A stretch of DNA of 64,000 nt. Origin: Desulfuromonadales bacterium (lineage in GTDB: Bacteria; Desulfobacterota; JAENJC01). Numbering within the stretch: position 1 is the first letter of the stretch; each line of letters opens with the position of its first letter. The position numbers were made by a program, and so were the translations under genes. The notes under the pieces were generated by a model. The model saw only the letters and a list, made by a program, of their open reading frames with translations, had not been told where the DNA came from and did not search any database. The stretch covers positions 11,871 through 75,870 of the forward strand of contig CAKKSC010000009.1 in NCBI GenBank assembly GCA_919902985.1, read 5' to 3'. Shown here in pieces: positions 1-10,694 of this stretch.

Positions 1-345
1 CTTCCTTTTTACTTGACTTTGCCAGTATAGGTATAGTATAAACTACCCAAATCAGGTAGTTGGTAATCATAATAATCAATTAAAACATATGGTTACTGAT
101 CTGGACTCGCAGCCCGCAAATTCACTGGAATCAACCACTTGTGAGCTTTACTCATAGATCAGATTCTCTAAAGGGTTTAATAGAGTTCAGCCGTATAAAA
201 CACCTTAAGTAAAACAGTTAATGGCCATCTCTGATACAGGAGGTGATAATCAAAGGTTTTTCTGGGGAGGGACTTAGGTCGAGTCAGTCACGCGGTACAT
301 TAAAAGCCCTTAGGGGCAAAAAAAACAAACCAAGGAGGATAACAA

Positions 346-621
346 ATGACAAAAGCTGAATTAGTATCCACTATCGCAAAGGATGCAGCCATTCCAAAGG
401 CTGCAGCAGAGAAGGCTCTTAATTCCTTTACAGCCAACGTGACCAAGTCTCTCAAGAAGGGAATAAAGGTTACCCTCGTAGGCTTCGGGACATTCACCGT
501 CTCTAAGAGAGCTGCCAGGAAGGGAAGAAACCCTCAGACCGGCAAGACCATCAGCATCCCTGCAACAAAAGTTCCTAAGTTCAGGGCAGGCAAGGCTCTT
601 AAAGACGCTGTAAAGAAATAA
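346..621 (+). CDS. hup: HU family histone-like DNA-binding protein
   Basis: 91-aa ORF with the canonical HU signature ([38 protein letters not shown]). AAGGAGG RBS at 332-338. Confidence 0.95.
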   Translation: MTKAELVSTIAKDAAIPKAAAEKALNSFTANVTKSLKKGIKVTLVGFGTFTVSKRAARKGRNPQTGKTISIPATKVPKFRAGKALKDAVKK

Positions 622-648
622 GGTTAAGCAGTAGACAAGCCTCCCCAC

Positions 649-680
649 GCCCAGTCCGCTTTGCTGACTGGGCTTTTTTT
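649..680 (+). terminator. Rho-independent terminator after hup
   Basis: Stem GCCCAGTC (649-656) / GACTGGGC (666-673), followed by a T7 run (674-680). Confidence 0.8.
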
Positions 681-717
681 ATCATTTATTTATTCCGTTC
701 CCCTATAAGCTGGCAGA

Positions 718-1950
718 TTAATTACCGGGCTTCCTGATCACAATAATAAATATGATGAATAAAATGGCTGACAGGCTTGCCGTTATTGCCCCGAAGTAGA
801 ACGTCGCAGACGGAGAGACATGGTCCCATAGCCAGCCTCCGATAAGGCTTGCAGGTAACATGGCCATCCCGACGATCGTATTATAGACGCCAAAGGCAGT
901 GGCCTTGAACTGTTGCGGGATGATGGTAGCGAGGAAGGCCTTCTGTATCCCCTCTGTGAGCCCCATAAAGACACCATAAAAACCGAAAAGTATCCAGATA
1001 GCTGTAGCATTGGCTGCGACGGCAAAGCCGTAGTAAAGTAGTGCAAAGAGGACGAATCCTGTAAGTATCACCCTCTTCTTTCCGAACCTGTCCGCAGCGA
1101 TCCCGGCAGGGATGGCAGATATTGAATATACGAGATTGAAAAACATGTATACAACAGGGATCATAATGGCCGGGATTCCCTTATGCTCGGCCCTGAGGAT
1201 AAGGAATACGTCGCTCGAATTTCCTAATGCAAAAATGGCTGCAATGATGACAAAGAACTTGAACCTCCAGTCAAAATATTTGAGGGTAAATTTGGGCCTT
1301 TCGGAGAGCTCTGTTGCAGGTTTATTTGTCTCCCTGATGAAAAAGATAATCAACAATACGGCAATTATCCCGGGCATTATTGACAGCCAGAATACCATCC
1401 TATAGTCGTTTGAGAAGATGCCGAGAAGGAAGAAGGCAAGGGCAGGCCCGATGACCGCGCCCATTGTATCTAATGAGCGGTGGAAGCTGAATGCCCTTCC
1501 GAGGAACTCCTTTTCTGTAGATTCTGCAATAAGGGCATCTCGTGGCGCTCCGCGGATACCCTTCCCGAACCTGTCGAAGAACCTGAAGGCAAATACATGA
1601 TGCCATGTTTTGGCGAGGGCAATGATGGGCCTTGTAAGGGTCGAGAGGCCGTAACCTGCTACCATAAGCCACTTACGGTTCCCAAGCCTGTCTGAGAGGT
1701 AACCTGAAAAAACCTTTAAAATACTTGCCGTAGACTCTGCAACTCCTTCGATAAGGCCAATTGCAGATTTGCTGACACCGAGGACGTTTGCAAGGAAAAG
1801 GGGGACGAGCGGATAGATCATCTCGGAGCTTATATCCATGAAGAAGCTTACAAGTCCGCTTATATATATATTTCGACCAAAGCCGAAGAACTTTTTATCC
1901 TGTACAGTCAAACCTTTGTCTCCTCTGTCGTGTTCCGTTACCCATTTCAT
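718..1950 (-). CDS. MFS transporter
   Basis: 410-aa polytopic hydrophobic ORF. MFS motif-A-like GYLSDRLGNRK lies after the early TM helices. Confidence 0.85.
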   Translation of the reverse strand: MKWVTEHDRGDKGLTVQDKKFFGFGRNIYISGLVSFFMDISSEMIYPLVPLFLANVLGVSKSAIGLIEGVAESTASILKVFSGYLSDRLGNRKWLMVAGYGLSTLTRPIIALAKTWHHVFAFRFFDRFGKGIRGAPRDALIAESTEKEFLGRAFSFHRSLDTMGAVIGPALAFFLLGIFSNDYRMVFWLSIMPGIIAVLLIIFFIRETNKPATELSERPKFTLKYFDWRFKFFVIIAAIFALGNSSDVFLILRAEHKGIPAIMIPVVYMFFNLVYSISAIPAGIAADRFGKKRVILTGFVLFALLYYGFAVAANATAIWILFGFYGVFMGLTEGIQKAFLATIIPQQFKATAFGVYNTIVGMAMLPASLIGGWLWDHVSPSATFYFGAITASLSAILFIIFIIVIRKPGN

Positions 1951-2035
1951 CCTCTTTAAAAGCGCAAAACTGCCGCCACACCTGCACTTTGCCCGAGAAC
2001 GGGCTTGTGGTAGTATGAGGCCCCTGAAAGACCTA

Positions 2036-2330
2036 TCAGCTCTTATCCTGTCTATGATCCATTAGTCCAAGAACCTTCCCAATATCACGATATATTTTTT
2101 TCTGAAATGCAGGGCTAACTTTACCCACATCATGCGTCGCCGCAATTAATTCATTCCTCTTGGGGAAAAGGCTTTCCCTGAGCTATGGGGGGAGCAAACG
2201 AGACAGAAGCTCCTGCGCGACTAACCCGGCAATGCGTTTCAACAGATACGCCCGGCCTGTTCCCTGAACTCAAACGAATGGTCTTGGCAAGGCATTCATT
2301 GAGAGGAATCATCCAAATATCAGGTTTTTG
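2036..2330 (-). pseudogene. Frameshifted, truncated remnant of a Cas3-type HD nuclease N-terminus
   Basis: One minus-strand frame reads ..CLAKTIRLSSGNRPGVSVETHCRV... A second frame continues NELIAATHDVGKVSPAFQKKIY.. and stops at 2036. The HDxGK..SPxFQ context is typical of Cas3 HD domains. No helicase part follows. Confidence 0.35.
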
Positions 2331-2495
2331 CAGATTGTTGTTTTTTGGTCCCAACATGCAGATACCCTCCGATATTGCTATCTCTCGCTCTTATCACTTA
2401 ACTTATATAATTAATGTAATAAAAATACAATCTCCTTGTTCCATTGCCCTACTACCAGCCTTGACAATCCTTCATTCATCTTGTATCTTCAGACA

Positions 2496-3230
2496 ATGAA
2501 CATCACTGCCATCATACCGGCAAGGTACGCATCCACAAGGCTTCCCGGGAAACCGCTTTTGGATATAGCTGGGAAGTCGATGATCCAGCATGTCTATGAA
2601 AGGGCGTGGGAGGCTGTGCTGGTTAACAGGGTGATTGTTGCAACCGATGACAGGAGGATACTCGATGCCGTAAAAGGGTTCGGCGGAGAGGTTGTCATGA
2701 CATCAGATGCGCATAAGAGCGGTACAGACAGGCTTGCAGAGGTAGCTACGGTCCTTGAATCAGATATAATAGTTAATATCCAGGGGGATGAACCCCTTAT
2801 TGAACCTGCTATGATTGACGAGGCGATAAGGCCATTGATGGAGGATGGTTTCATTGTCATGGGGAGCCTTAAGGCCGAGATTAGGGACGAGGCAGAGTTG
2901 AACAATCCCAACATAGTGAAGGTGGTAGTGGACAGGAACGACTTTGCCCTCTACTTCTCCCGCTATCCGATACCGTATTTCAGGGATGCTTCACCCCTCT
3001 CTTTACTGACAGGGCATTTCAAGCACATAGGTCTTTACGTCTACCGTAGGGATTTCCTTCTGGAATATGCCGGAATGCCGCAGACCCCTCTCGAAGAGGC
3101 GGAGAAGCTGGAACAGCTCAGGGCATTGGAAAACGGATACAGGATAAAGGTTCCAACCACAAGGCTTCAGTCCACTGGTGTGGATACGGAAGAAGACCTG
3201 GAGAAGGTCAGGCGTTTATTAAAAGGATGA
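2496..3230 (+). CDS. kdsB: 3-deoxy-manno-octulosonate cytidylyltransferase (CMP-KDO synthetase)
   Basis: [21 protein letters not shown]... and [10 protein letters not shown] motifs. The start is taken at the internal ATG 2496 rather than the ORF-track start 2436. Confidence 0.9.
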   Translation: MNITAIIPARYASTRLPGKPLLDIAGKSMIQHVYERAWEAVLVNRVIVATDDRRILDAVKGFGGEVVMTSDAHKSGTDRLAEVATVLESDIIVNIQGDEPLIEPAMIDEAIRPLMEDGFIVMGSLKAEIRDEAELNNPNIVKVVVDRNDFALYFSRYPIPYFRDASPLSLLTGHFKHIGLYVYRRDFLLEYAGMPQTPLEEAEKLEQLRALENGYRIKVPTTRLQSTGVDTEEDLEKVRRLLKG

Positions 3231-3236
3231 GGGTTC

Positions 3237-3845
3237 ATGCTTGTCAAGATTCACCCCAAAAACCCGGAACCACGCCTTATAAAAATGGTCGTAGATATCC
3301 TTCAAAACGACGGTGTGATAGCGTATCCAACGGATACCGTATACGGGTTCGGATGCAGCATATTCAGCAAAAAGGGGATTGATAGAATACGGCAGCTAAA
3401 AAACCTTGATCCAAAGAAACCGATAAGCATAGTCTGCCACGACCTTTCCGACATAAGCAAGTACGCCATCGTCTCCAATTACGCCTACAAAACAATGAAA
3501 CGCCTCCTTCCGGGACCTTACACATTTGTCCTCCCTGCTACGAGAGAGGTCCCTCGAATGATGCAGAACAAGCAGAAACAGGTTGGGATCAGGATTCCCG
3601 ACAGCCCTATCTCCCTTTCTATCGTACTGGAACTGGGGCACCCTATTGTCACCAGCAGCGCCCATATACCTGGGCATGACCTGTTATCAGACCCGGAGGA
3701 TATAGAGAAGGTCTTGGGGCGAAGCCTGGATGCAGTCATAGACGGCGGGATATTCACAGGAGGACACTCCAGTATCGTAGAGTTAAGAGAGGACAGCGCG
3801 GTAATACTTAGAGAAGGTAAAGGGGATGTTAGCCTCTTCGAATAG
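3237..3845 (+). CDS. tsaC: L-threonylcarbamoyladenylate synthase (YrdC/TsaC family, short form)
   Basis: 202-aa ORF with YPTDTVYGFGC and the central VGIRIPD motif of the YrdC fold. Confidence 0.85.
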   Translation: MLVKIHPKNPEPRLIKMVVDILQNDGVIAYPTDTVYGFGCSIFSKKGIDRIRQLKNLDPKKPISIVCHDLSDISKYAIVSNYAYKTMKRLLPGPYTFVLPATREVPRMMQNKQKQVGIRIPDSPISLSIVLELGHPIVTSSAHIPGHDLLSDPEDIEKVLGRSLDAVIDGGIFTGGHSSIVELREDSAVILREGKGDVSLFE

Positions 3846-3850
3846 CCGAC

Positions 3851-4837
3851 TTAGTCACCTTTAAAAGGTTCGTCTTTTTCAAAGTCCGGCCTGTAATAAT
3901 CGCTGCTCGAATGGTACTGTATCCAACCGTTTTCAAGCCCAAAGCTGTGAAGCCACTCAAGCGCCTTTTCATACTCCCTATAGCTTATCGGTCTAGAAAT
4001 CAGAGGATATTCAGGCGCCTTATGGGTAGGGAAGTACTGGGACATCAAACTTATATAAGTTTTTCTTCCCACCTTTTCTGCAATAAACCTCAGGCTGTCC
4101 TTGGTTCCGGCAAGGTCGTTGGGAAGCACAAGGTGCCTGACAATAAGCCCTCTATGGGCAATCCCGTCGCTATCAACAACGAGCTCGTCGACCTGCCTAT
4201 TCATCTCAAGGATTGCGGCCCTCGAGTGCTTAACATAATCTGCGACCTTTGAATACTCCAGAGCGGCATTGTCGTCGCTGTATTTGATATCTGGGAGGTA
4301 TATATTTATTATACCATCCAGAAACCTGAGTGTATCAAGGGAGTCATATCCGTTTGTGTTATAGACAAGCGGTATCCTGAGTCCCTTTGAGGCGGCAATA
4401 TCAACGGCCATGGCTATCTGAGCCGCGAAGTGGGAAGGCGAAACGAAGTTGATGTTATGGCAACCTTGCGATTGAAGCTCCAGCATGATGTCGGCAAGTC
4501 TCTCAAACCCTACCTCCTTTTCCTTTAAGGAGCATACAGGCTGGGATATCTGATGGTTCTGGCAGAATACACAGCGGAGATTGCAGTTCCCGAAGAATAT
4601 CGTCCCCGACCCCTTTCTGCCGGAGAGTACAGGCTCCTCGCCGTGGTGGGCGCAGTAGCTGGAAACTATGGGGAGATACGCGGAACGGCAGTATCCAAGC
4701 CTTCCTGCTGTCCTGTCTACACGGCAGTCCCTTGGACAGAGGGTGCAGTCCTTGAGAATGACCATGAGCCTTTCGGCCCGTTTATTAAGTTCACCTGTCT
4801 TTAATAATTTGAGGTAGCCTGGGGTATAACTGCTCAT
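3851..4837 (-). CDS. Radical SAM protein, PflX-like (PFL-activase homologue)
   Basis: CNLRCVFCQN (CxxxCxxC) radical-SAM cluster motif, plus an N-terminal extra Cys cluster CTLCPRDCRVDR..GYC. Confidence 0.8.
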   Translation of the reverse strand: MSSYTPGYLKLLKTGELNKRAERLMVILKDCTLCPRDCRVDRTAGRLGYCRSAYLPIVSSYCAHHGEEPVLSGRKGSGTIFFGNCNLRCVFCQNHQISQPVCSLKEKEVGFERLADIMLELQSQGCHNINFVSPSHFAAQIAMAVDIAASKGLRIPLVYNTNGYDSLDTLRFLDGIINIYLPDIKYSDDNAALEYSKVADYVKHSRAAILEMNRQVDELVVDSDGIAHRGLIVRHLVLPNDLAGTKDSLRFIAEKVGRKTYISLMSQYFPTHKAPEYPLISRPISYREYEKALEWLHSFGLENGWIQYHSSSDYYRPDFEKDEPFKGD

Positions 4838-5042
4838 GCGAACAGTATATCACGCGCCATAGAGACATAGCCATTGAAGATGCTAACCTTCAGAATCTCC
4901 CCTCCCCTGGCGGGAGGGGATGAAGGGGAGAGGGATTTATAAGAATTCAATGTCTATTTTTAACGACATATAAAAAAGTTGCATCTATCGACAGGTATGA
5001 TATTCTTGCAAACTATCGCCACGATGGTTGACAGGAGTCAAT

Positions 5043-6836
5043 ATGGGAGAGCGCAAACAGGCCTTTACAATAGAATTTGTTGCCAAGCTGCTTCTCGATA
5101 AGGGTCTTATCTCCGAGGACCAATTCAAGGACATCACTATAAAGGGGAATGCCCAGAGGGCCAGGCTCCAGAAGTATCAGGAGACCTCCCATTCCAGGAG
5201 GGGCATGCATTCCCACGAAAACGTTTCGCCTGCTGAGGTGATATCATCCTTTAACATTGAGATACCGGGGAAGAACGGGAAGTTGCTTACCGAGGATGCG
5301 ATAACAGATGCCGTTGCGGAAGTGGTCGGCATCAAATATATGAAGATCGACCCCCTCAAGCTGAACCTTGAGACAATCACCTCATACGTCTCCCGTCCCT
5401 TTGCCCAGAAACATATGGTGATTCCGGTATCTGAAGAGTCAGGGGTAGTTACCATTGCCGTTGCCGACCCGTTTGACCTTGAGGCTGTTGAAGACCTCCA
5501 GAGAACGAAGAAGCTCAGGATAAACATCGTCCTCAGTTCAAAGAGCGATATCCTGAAGATCGTCAGGGAGTTCTACGGTTTCCGCTCCTCAGTTGTTGAG
5601 GCGCAGAAGGAGATGACTTCATCGGTGGATATCAGCAACCTTGAGCAGTACGTCAAGCTAAAGGCCCATACAGAAATAGAGGCCACGGACACGCATGTGG
5701 TGAATGCAGTGGAGTACCTCCTCCAGTACGCCTTTGACCAGAAGGCCAGTGATATCCACATAGAACCCAAGAGGGACAACTCCCACGTTCGCCTCAGGAT
5801 AGACGGTGTCCTGCATTACATACACAAGATCCCAAAGTCTGTTCATCCGCCCATAGTATCGAGGATAAAGATGCTGTCCAGGATGGATATCGCGGAAAAG
5901 AGGAAACCTCAGGACGGGAGGATAAAGACTAATTACAAGGGTAAGGAGATAGAGCTCCGGGTATCAACCATGCCGGTGGCATTCGGTGAAAAGATTGTGA
6001 TAAGGATATTCGACCCTGAGGTGCTGCTTCAGGAGCTGGACCAGATCGGCTTCTATCCGAGGGAGTACCAGCTCTTCAGCTCCTTCATACGCAGGCCCAA
6101 CGGAGTAATCCTGGTCACTGGCCCAACAGGGAGCGGCAAGACAACCACCCTCTATTCCGCCCTGAAGGTACTTTCCTCGCCTGATGTAAACATAATAACA
6201 GTGGAAGACCCGATAGAGATGGTCATGGAAGAGTTCAACCAGGTCGGGGTACAGCCTGCCATAGGCGTGACCTTTGCCAACTCATTGAGAACCATTCTCC
6301 GGCAGGACCCTGACATTATCATGGTCGGTGAGATCAGGGACAAGGAAACGGCTGAAAATGCCGTACAGGCAGCCCTTACCGGACACCTCGTCCTTTCAAC
6401 CCTGCACACAAACGATGCACCATCATCCATAACACGTCTCCTGGACCTTGGGATCCCCTCATTCCTCATAGCCTCCACCCTGATAGGAATAATAGCCCAG
6501 AGGCTCGTAAGAAAGATCTGCCCGCACTGCTCAAAAGAGAGGTTCCTGACGGAGGAGGAAAGGGCCCACCTCCAGCTTCCTGCCAAGAAGTTCAAGGTCT
6601 CGTACGGGGAGGGATGCGTCGAGTGCAGAGGCACAGGGTACAAGGGAAGGACGGGGATATACGAGGTCATGGATGTGACGGAAAGGGTCCAGGGGCTCAT
6701 CTCCGACAACGTTGTCATGACTGCGCTTCTGGAGGCCGCAAAGGCTGACGGGATGCTCACCATAAGGCAGTGCGCGATAAGGAAGATGCTGGAAGGTATC
6801 ACCACCTATGAAGAGGTTGTCGGGATAACGGGGTGA
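5043..6836 (+). CDS. GspE/PilB-family secretion ATPase (type II secretion / type IV pilus assembly)
   Basis: Walker A GPTGSGKTT, Walker B/Asp box DPDIIMVGEIRD, His box TGHLVLSTLHTN, tetracysteine CPHC..CVECRGTG. AGGAG RBS before ATG 5043. Confidence 0.9.
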   Translation: MGERKQAFTIEFVAKLLLDKGLISEDQFKDITIKGNAQRARLQKYQETSHSRRGMHSHENVSPAEVISSFNIEIPGKNGKLLTEDAITDAVAEVVGIKYMKIDPLKLNLETITSYVSRPFAQKHMVIPVSEESGVVTIAVADPFDLEAVEDLQRTKKLRINIVLSSKSDILKIVREFYGFRSSVVEAQKEMTSSVDISNLEQYVKLKAHTEIEATDTHVVNAVEYLLQYAFDQKASDIHIEPKRDNSHVRLRIDGVLHYIHKIPKSVHPPIVSRIKMLSRMDIAEKRKPQDGRIKTNYKGKEIELRVSTMPVAFGEKIVIRIFDPEVLLQELDQIGFYPREYQLFSSFIRRPNGVILVTGPTGSGKTTTLYSALKVLSSPDVNIITVEDPIEMVMEEFNQVGVQPAIGVTFANSLRTILRQDPDIIMVGEIRDKETAENAVQAALTGHLVLSTLHTNDAPSSITRLLDLGIPSFLIASTLIGIIAQRLVRKICPHCSKERFLTEEERAHLQLPAKKFKVSYGEGCVECRGTGYKGRTGIYEVMDVTERVQGLISDNVVMTALLEAAKADGMLTIRQCAIRKMLEGITTYEEVVGITG

Positions 6837-6854
6837 TCCTGGATTGAAGCCCGG

Positions 6855-7169
6855 CTACTTTACAAAGCTGCAGCAGTAATCCGAGATTTTCTTTACCTTC
6901 ATCGTGAATTTGGAATTTGCGGGCACAGTAAATTCTTCTCCGCCGTGAACAGGCTTCCAGTTGTTATCCCCAGAAAGCAACAGATCGAGCTCTCCTGAGA
7001 TGATCTCCATTATCTCCTTATCTGCGGTGTTAAACTCATACTCGCCCGGAAGCATCACCCCAAGGGTCTTTTTTGAGCCGTCAGGGAAGATGACTGTGCG
7101 GCTTGTCACCTTGCCCTCGAAGTAGATATTTGCAGCCTTCTTTACAGTAACATTTTTAAACTCTGACAT
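6855..7169 (-). CDS. ppnP: Pyrimidine/purine nucleoside phosphorylase PpnP (DUF1255 cupin)
   Basis: 104-aa ORF: ..KKANIYFEGKVTSRTV..G.KKTLGVMLPGEYEFNT...E.MEIISGEL... Confidence 0.8.
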   Translation of the reverse strand: MSEFKNVTVKKAANIYFEGKVTSRTVIFPDGSKKTLGVMLPGEYEFNTADKEIMEIISGELDLLLSGDNNWKPVHGGEEFTVPANSKFTMKVKKISDYCCSFVK

Positions 7170-7199
7170 GGTTTTTCCTCACTTATCTTTTATTAACCC

Positions 7200-7745
7200 C
7201 TACCTGATCCCTTTAATGAACGAAGCTGCCTTCCCTGCCATTTCAGAAGAGTCAACCATTACAGAGGCCTCATTATTGCGACCAAGGGCGCTATCGCTGA
7301 AATTATGGCTTCCGATAAAGACAAACCTGTTGTCTATTACCACCAGTTTAGTATGGGTTGTGACATCCGGTTTATCAAAATATACCTTGACCCCTCCCCT
7401 GGAGAGTATGGCGGCTGTATGCCTGTTGTCTTCATTGAGGGATGAACCTTTCCTCTCTCTCTTCTCCTTTTCAAGGAGCACGGCAACCTTCACACCTCTT
7501 GATGCCGCCGCAACCAACTCTTCCCTGAGCCGGGTGGAAAGGTTCCTCTCGTTTTCAGTGGTCCTGAACAGGTACATGGAGACAAGTATCTCCTCTTTGG
7601 CAGTTCTTATCTTATCCTGAAGGAGAGACAAATACTCCTGGTTGGTCAGAAGCTTGACGTCCGCTGCGAGGGATCTCCCTGAGAATAGAAAAATAAGGAG
7701 AAGAGGGATGATAATTTTAAATATTATATCTTGTTCTTTTCTCAT
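7200..7745 (-). CDS. Secreted phospholipase D-family protein (single HKD, Nuc-like)
   Basis: N-terminal signal peptide and HKD motif HTKLVVIDNRFVFIGSHNFS. Confidence 0.8.
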   Translation of the reverse strand: MRKEQDIIFKIIIPLLLIFLFSGRSLAADVKLLTNQEYLSLLQDKIRTAKEEILVSMYLFRTTENERNLSTRLREELVAAASRGVKVAVLLEKEKRERKGSSLNEDNRHTAAILSRGGVKVYFDKPDVTTHTKLVVIDNRFVFIGSHNFSDSALGRNNEASVMVDSSEMAGKAASFIKGIR

Positions 7746-7769
7746 CCTTCATCCCTCAGCCTTCATCCC

Positions 7770-8885
7770 TTATCCCAGAAGGTCCCTCACCTTCTCAAAG
7801 AAGCCTTTACTCATGGGATTGACATCATGACCGCTTATCTTCGCAAACTCATCAAGGAGCTCCTTTTGTCTCTGGGTCAGCTTTGTTGGGGTCTCCACAA
7901 TGACCTTCACGATCTGGTCACCCCTTCCGTAACCGCCCAGCCTTGCAATGCCTTTTCCTTTAAGCCTGAAGTGCGCTCCCGACTGAGTTCCTTGCGGGAC
8001 CTTCATCTTTACCTTCCCTTCGATAGTCGGGACATCTATCTCTGCGCCAAGGGCGGCCTGGGTGAAGAATATGGGGACATCGCACAGGACATCCTCGCCG
8101 TCCCTGGTAAAGATGGGGTGCTCCTTGACCGTTATTACAACATAGAGGTCTCCAGACGGACCTCCCCTGCTCCCGGCCTCTCCCTCCCCCTGGAGTCTGA
8201 GTCTGGAACCGGTCTCCACTCCGGCAGGGACCTTTATCGACAATGTCTTAGAAACCCTGACCCGTCCTTCTCCGGCGCATTCAGGGCATTTGTCTTTTAT
8301 TATCCTTCCCTCTCCACGGCATTGGTTGCAAGTCCTCGATACGCTGAAAAAACCCTGCTGGAACCTGACCTGTCCCGTCCCTCCACAGGTGGGGCAGACA
8401 GTAGGAGAGGTCCCATGTTTGGCGCCGCTTCCTTTGCACTGCGCGCATTCCTGAGCCCTTGGTATCTTGATATGGGCCTCTGTACCAAAGGCTGCTTCAT
8501 CGAACGATATCTCAAGGTTGTATCTGAGGTCGGAACCCCGTTCAGCCCCCCTGGGACGATAACCCCTGCCTCTGAATACATCTCCAAATATATCGCCGAA
8601 TACGTCACCGACATCTCCGGAGAAACCGCCAAATCCCTCTTCGGGCCTGAAGCCTCCGAAATTCTCACCTGCATGGCCGAACTGGTCATACCTGGCCCTC
8701 TTTTCAGGGTCTGAAATGATTTCGTATGCCTCAGCCAGTTCCTTGAATTTTGCCTCTGACTCTTTATTGCCGGGGTTCTTGTCAGGGTGGTACTGGAGGG
8801 CAAGTCTCCTGTAAGCCTTCTTTATCTCGGCATCGCTGGCATTCTTATGTACACCAAGGACTTCATAGTAATCTCTCTTCGCCAA
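7770..8885 (-). CDS. dnaJ: Molecular chaperone DnaJ
   Basis: J domain ([13 protein letters not shown]), G/F-rich linker, and four CxxCxGxG zinc-finger repeats ([32 protein letters not shown]). Confidence 0.97.
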   Translation of the reverse strand: MAKRDYYEVLGVHKNASDAEIKKAYRRLALQYHPDKNPGNKESEAKFKELAEAYEIISDPEKRARYDQFGHAGENFGGFRPEEGFGGFSGDVGDVFGDIFGDVFRGRGYRPRGAERGSDLRYNLEISFDEAAFGTEAHIKIPRAQECAQCKGSGAKHGTSPTVCPTCGGTGQVRFQQGFFSVSRTCNQCRGEGRIIKDKCPECAGEGRVRVSKTLSIKVPAGVETGSRLRLQGEGEAGSRGGPSGDLYVVITVKEHPIFTRDGEDVLCDVPIFFTQAALGAEIDVPTIEGKVKMKVPQGTQSGAHFRLKGKGIARLGGYGRGDQIVKVIVETPTKLTQRQKELLDEFAKISGHDVNPMSKGFFEKVRDLLG

Positions 8886-9075
8886 TCATCACCCCTTAGA
8901 TCCTAATAAAAAGCAGTTTGCCACGGAATTACACTGACTTTTCAAGCAGTTGAGAACAATTAATTACTCACTTTTTTGGCGAAATAATAAACATAGCTAA
9001 CTGTTTGTTTTATTCGTGTCGCTTAGAAGCGCCTACTTTTGGTCATCCGTGGCCAACTGAGGCTTTTAGGTTTAT

Positions 9076-9651
9076 TTATTCTTCCAGCTTCTTTCGGCCC
9101 TTTGCGACAGTAACTAAGCATGGCCTCAGCAGCCTGTCATTAAGAAGATACCCCTTCTGATGCTCGCAAACAACTGTGTCGGCATCGTAGTCTCCCTCAT
9201 CCACCTGCATTATGGCCTCATGAATATTTGGGTCGAACCTCTCTCCAGTGGCCTTAACCGGTTTTACTCCAAAATTGTCAAGGCATTGGAGAAACTGCTT
9301 CACAGTCATATCCACGCCATCTACAAGACCGCTGAAATCAAGGGTGGCCTTTGAATGCTCTACAGCCCTTTCCAGATTGTCAAGGGTCGGCAGGAGGTCC
9401 CGAATCAGCCCCTCCTTGGCGAACCGGACAAACTCCTCCTTTTCCCTTGCAGCCCTCTTCTTAAAATTCTCCAGGTCCGCGCAGCTTCTCAAGAACCTCT
9501 CGTGGTTCTCCTTTGCCTCCGCCTCTTTAAGTGCAAGCTCCTTTTTGAGCTTATCGATCTCGCCATCAGGGCCTGTCGTCGCTTTTTCCTCTACCTCTAC
9601 CTGTCCTGTGCCGCCCGCTGCCTTTTCATTCTTATCATCTTCCATCATCAA
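9076..9651 (-). CDS. grpE: Nucleotide exchange factor GrpE
   Basis: 191-aa ORF: coiled-coil N-terminus, ..RSCADLENFKKR.. and C-terminal beta domain ..GERFDPNIHEA... Confidence 0.95.
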   Translation of the reverse strand: MMMEDDKNEKAAGGTGQVEVEEKATTGPDGEIDKLKKELALKEAEAKENHERFLRSCADLENFKKRAAREKEEFVRFAKEGLIRDLLPTLDNLERAVEHSKATLDFSGLVDGVDMTVKQFLQCLDNFGVKPVKATGERFDPNIHEAIMQVDEGDYDADTVVCEHQKGYLLNDRLLRPCLVTVAKGRKKLEE

Positions 9652-10694
9652 CCCTCCTTAAGGACCTTTCCCACCAGCTTTGCAGTGTAGTCCACAAGCG
9701 GGATAATCCTGGAATAATCCATCCTCATGGGACCTATCACACCGAGGGAACCTAATATACTCCCTTCATTTCCATAAGTCGCCGCAATAAGACTGCAACC
9801 GTTGAATTCCGATGAACCGGTCTCACAACCAATGAATATATGGATACCTCCTGCCTCCATGCTCTTGTCCAAAAGACCGACAATCCTGCTCTTCTCTTCG
9901 AAAGCCCTGAATATCTCCTTCATCCTCTCCACATCAAGGAATTCCGGGTACTCAAAAAAACTTGACCTCCCTTCAATAAAGACCTCTTTTGCCTCCGAAC
10001 CGGCTGTTCCAAGGACCTCTTCCCCGAGCCTCAGCGCCTTTTTCAGTAAGCGGTCGTATAGGTTCTTCTCCTTCCTCATCTCGTCTATTAGACGTTCCCT
10101 CATCTCCGTCAAGGTCAGGCCGGAAAAGAGTTCGTTCAGATATGAAGAAATCCTGTCCAGGTCAGCCTGCTTCAACTCCCCCTCTACCCCTATAATCTTA
10201 TTCTGCACCACTCCAGACCGGGACACCAGGACAACCAGCGCCTGATTTCCCTTTAACCGTACAAACTCTATGTACTTCAGGGTTGTATCCGGCAATTTGG
10301 GGGCCAGGGCAAGGCCTGTGTGATGAGATATACTGGAGAGGAGCCTGGAGGCGTCCTTTATTAGGTCGGAAAACTCCTGCCCGGGAGAGTTACAAACCCT
10401 TCTGATCTCTTCCATGTCGTGTCTTGGAAGAGACTTAAGCTCCATGAGATGGTCGACGTAGATCCTGAAGGCCTTATCAGTCGGGACCCTTCCGGCGGAC
10501 GTGTGGGGCTGGGAAAGGAATCCCATCTCCTCTAAATCGGCCATTACATTTCTGATAGTTGCAGAGCTGAGGTCCCTCAGATATCTATCGGTTATGGCAT
10601 TGGAGCTGACAGGTCCGGCAGTAAATATGTAGTCCGAAATGACCGCCTTTAAGACTTCCTTCTTTCTTTCAGAGAGTTCTTCAAAACTTACCAT
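9648..10694 (-). CDS. hrcA: Heat-inducible transcription repressor HrcA
   Basis: 348-aa ORF: LSERKKEVLKAVI.DYI..A.PVSS..I, winged-helix N-terminus. Its stop overlaps the grpE start by 4 nt. Confidence 0.93.
   Translation of the reverse strand: MVSFEELSERKKEVLKAVISDYIFTAGPVSSNAITDRYLRDLSSATIRNVMADLEEMGFLSQPHTSAGRVPTDKAFRIYVDHLMELKSLPRHDMEEIRRVCNSPGQEFSDLIKDASRLLSSISHHTGLALAPKLPDTTLKYIEFVRLKGNQALVVLVSRSGVVQNKIIGVEGELKQADLDRISSYLNELFSGLTLTEMRERLIDEMRKEKNLYDRLLKKALRLGEEVLGTAGSEAKEVFIEGRSSFFEYPEFLDVERMKEIFRAFEEKSRIVGLLDKSMEAGGIHIFIGCETGSSEFNGCSLIAATYGNEGSILGSLGVIGPMRMDYSRIIPLVDYTAKLVGKVLKEG

Noticed and set aside
1-345. Possible ncRNA or long leader upstream of hup (TTGACT at 13-18, small hairpins)
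   Set aside because: I recognise no conserved RNA family signature (not tRNA, tmRNA, RNase P, SRP or 6S) and no convincing -10 element at proper spacing. There is insufficient evidence for any call.
2185-2499. 104-aa ORF on the + strand upstream of kdsB
   Set aside because: It has no RBS, a low-complexity translation, and runs into the kdsB start. The region is better explained by the minus-strand HD-domain relic plus the kdsB promoter region.
7731-8714. 327-aa ORF on the + strand
   Set aside because: It lies entirely antisense to dnaJ, whose J-domain, G/F region and zinc-finger motifs are unambiguous. Its low-complexity Ser/Pro/Leu-rich translation is typical of a shadow ORF.
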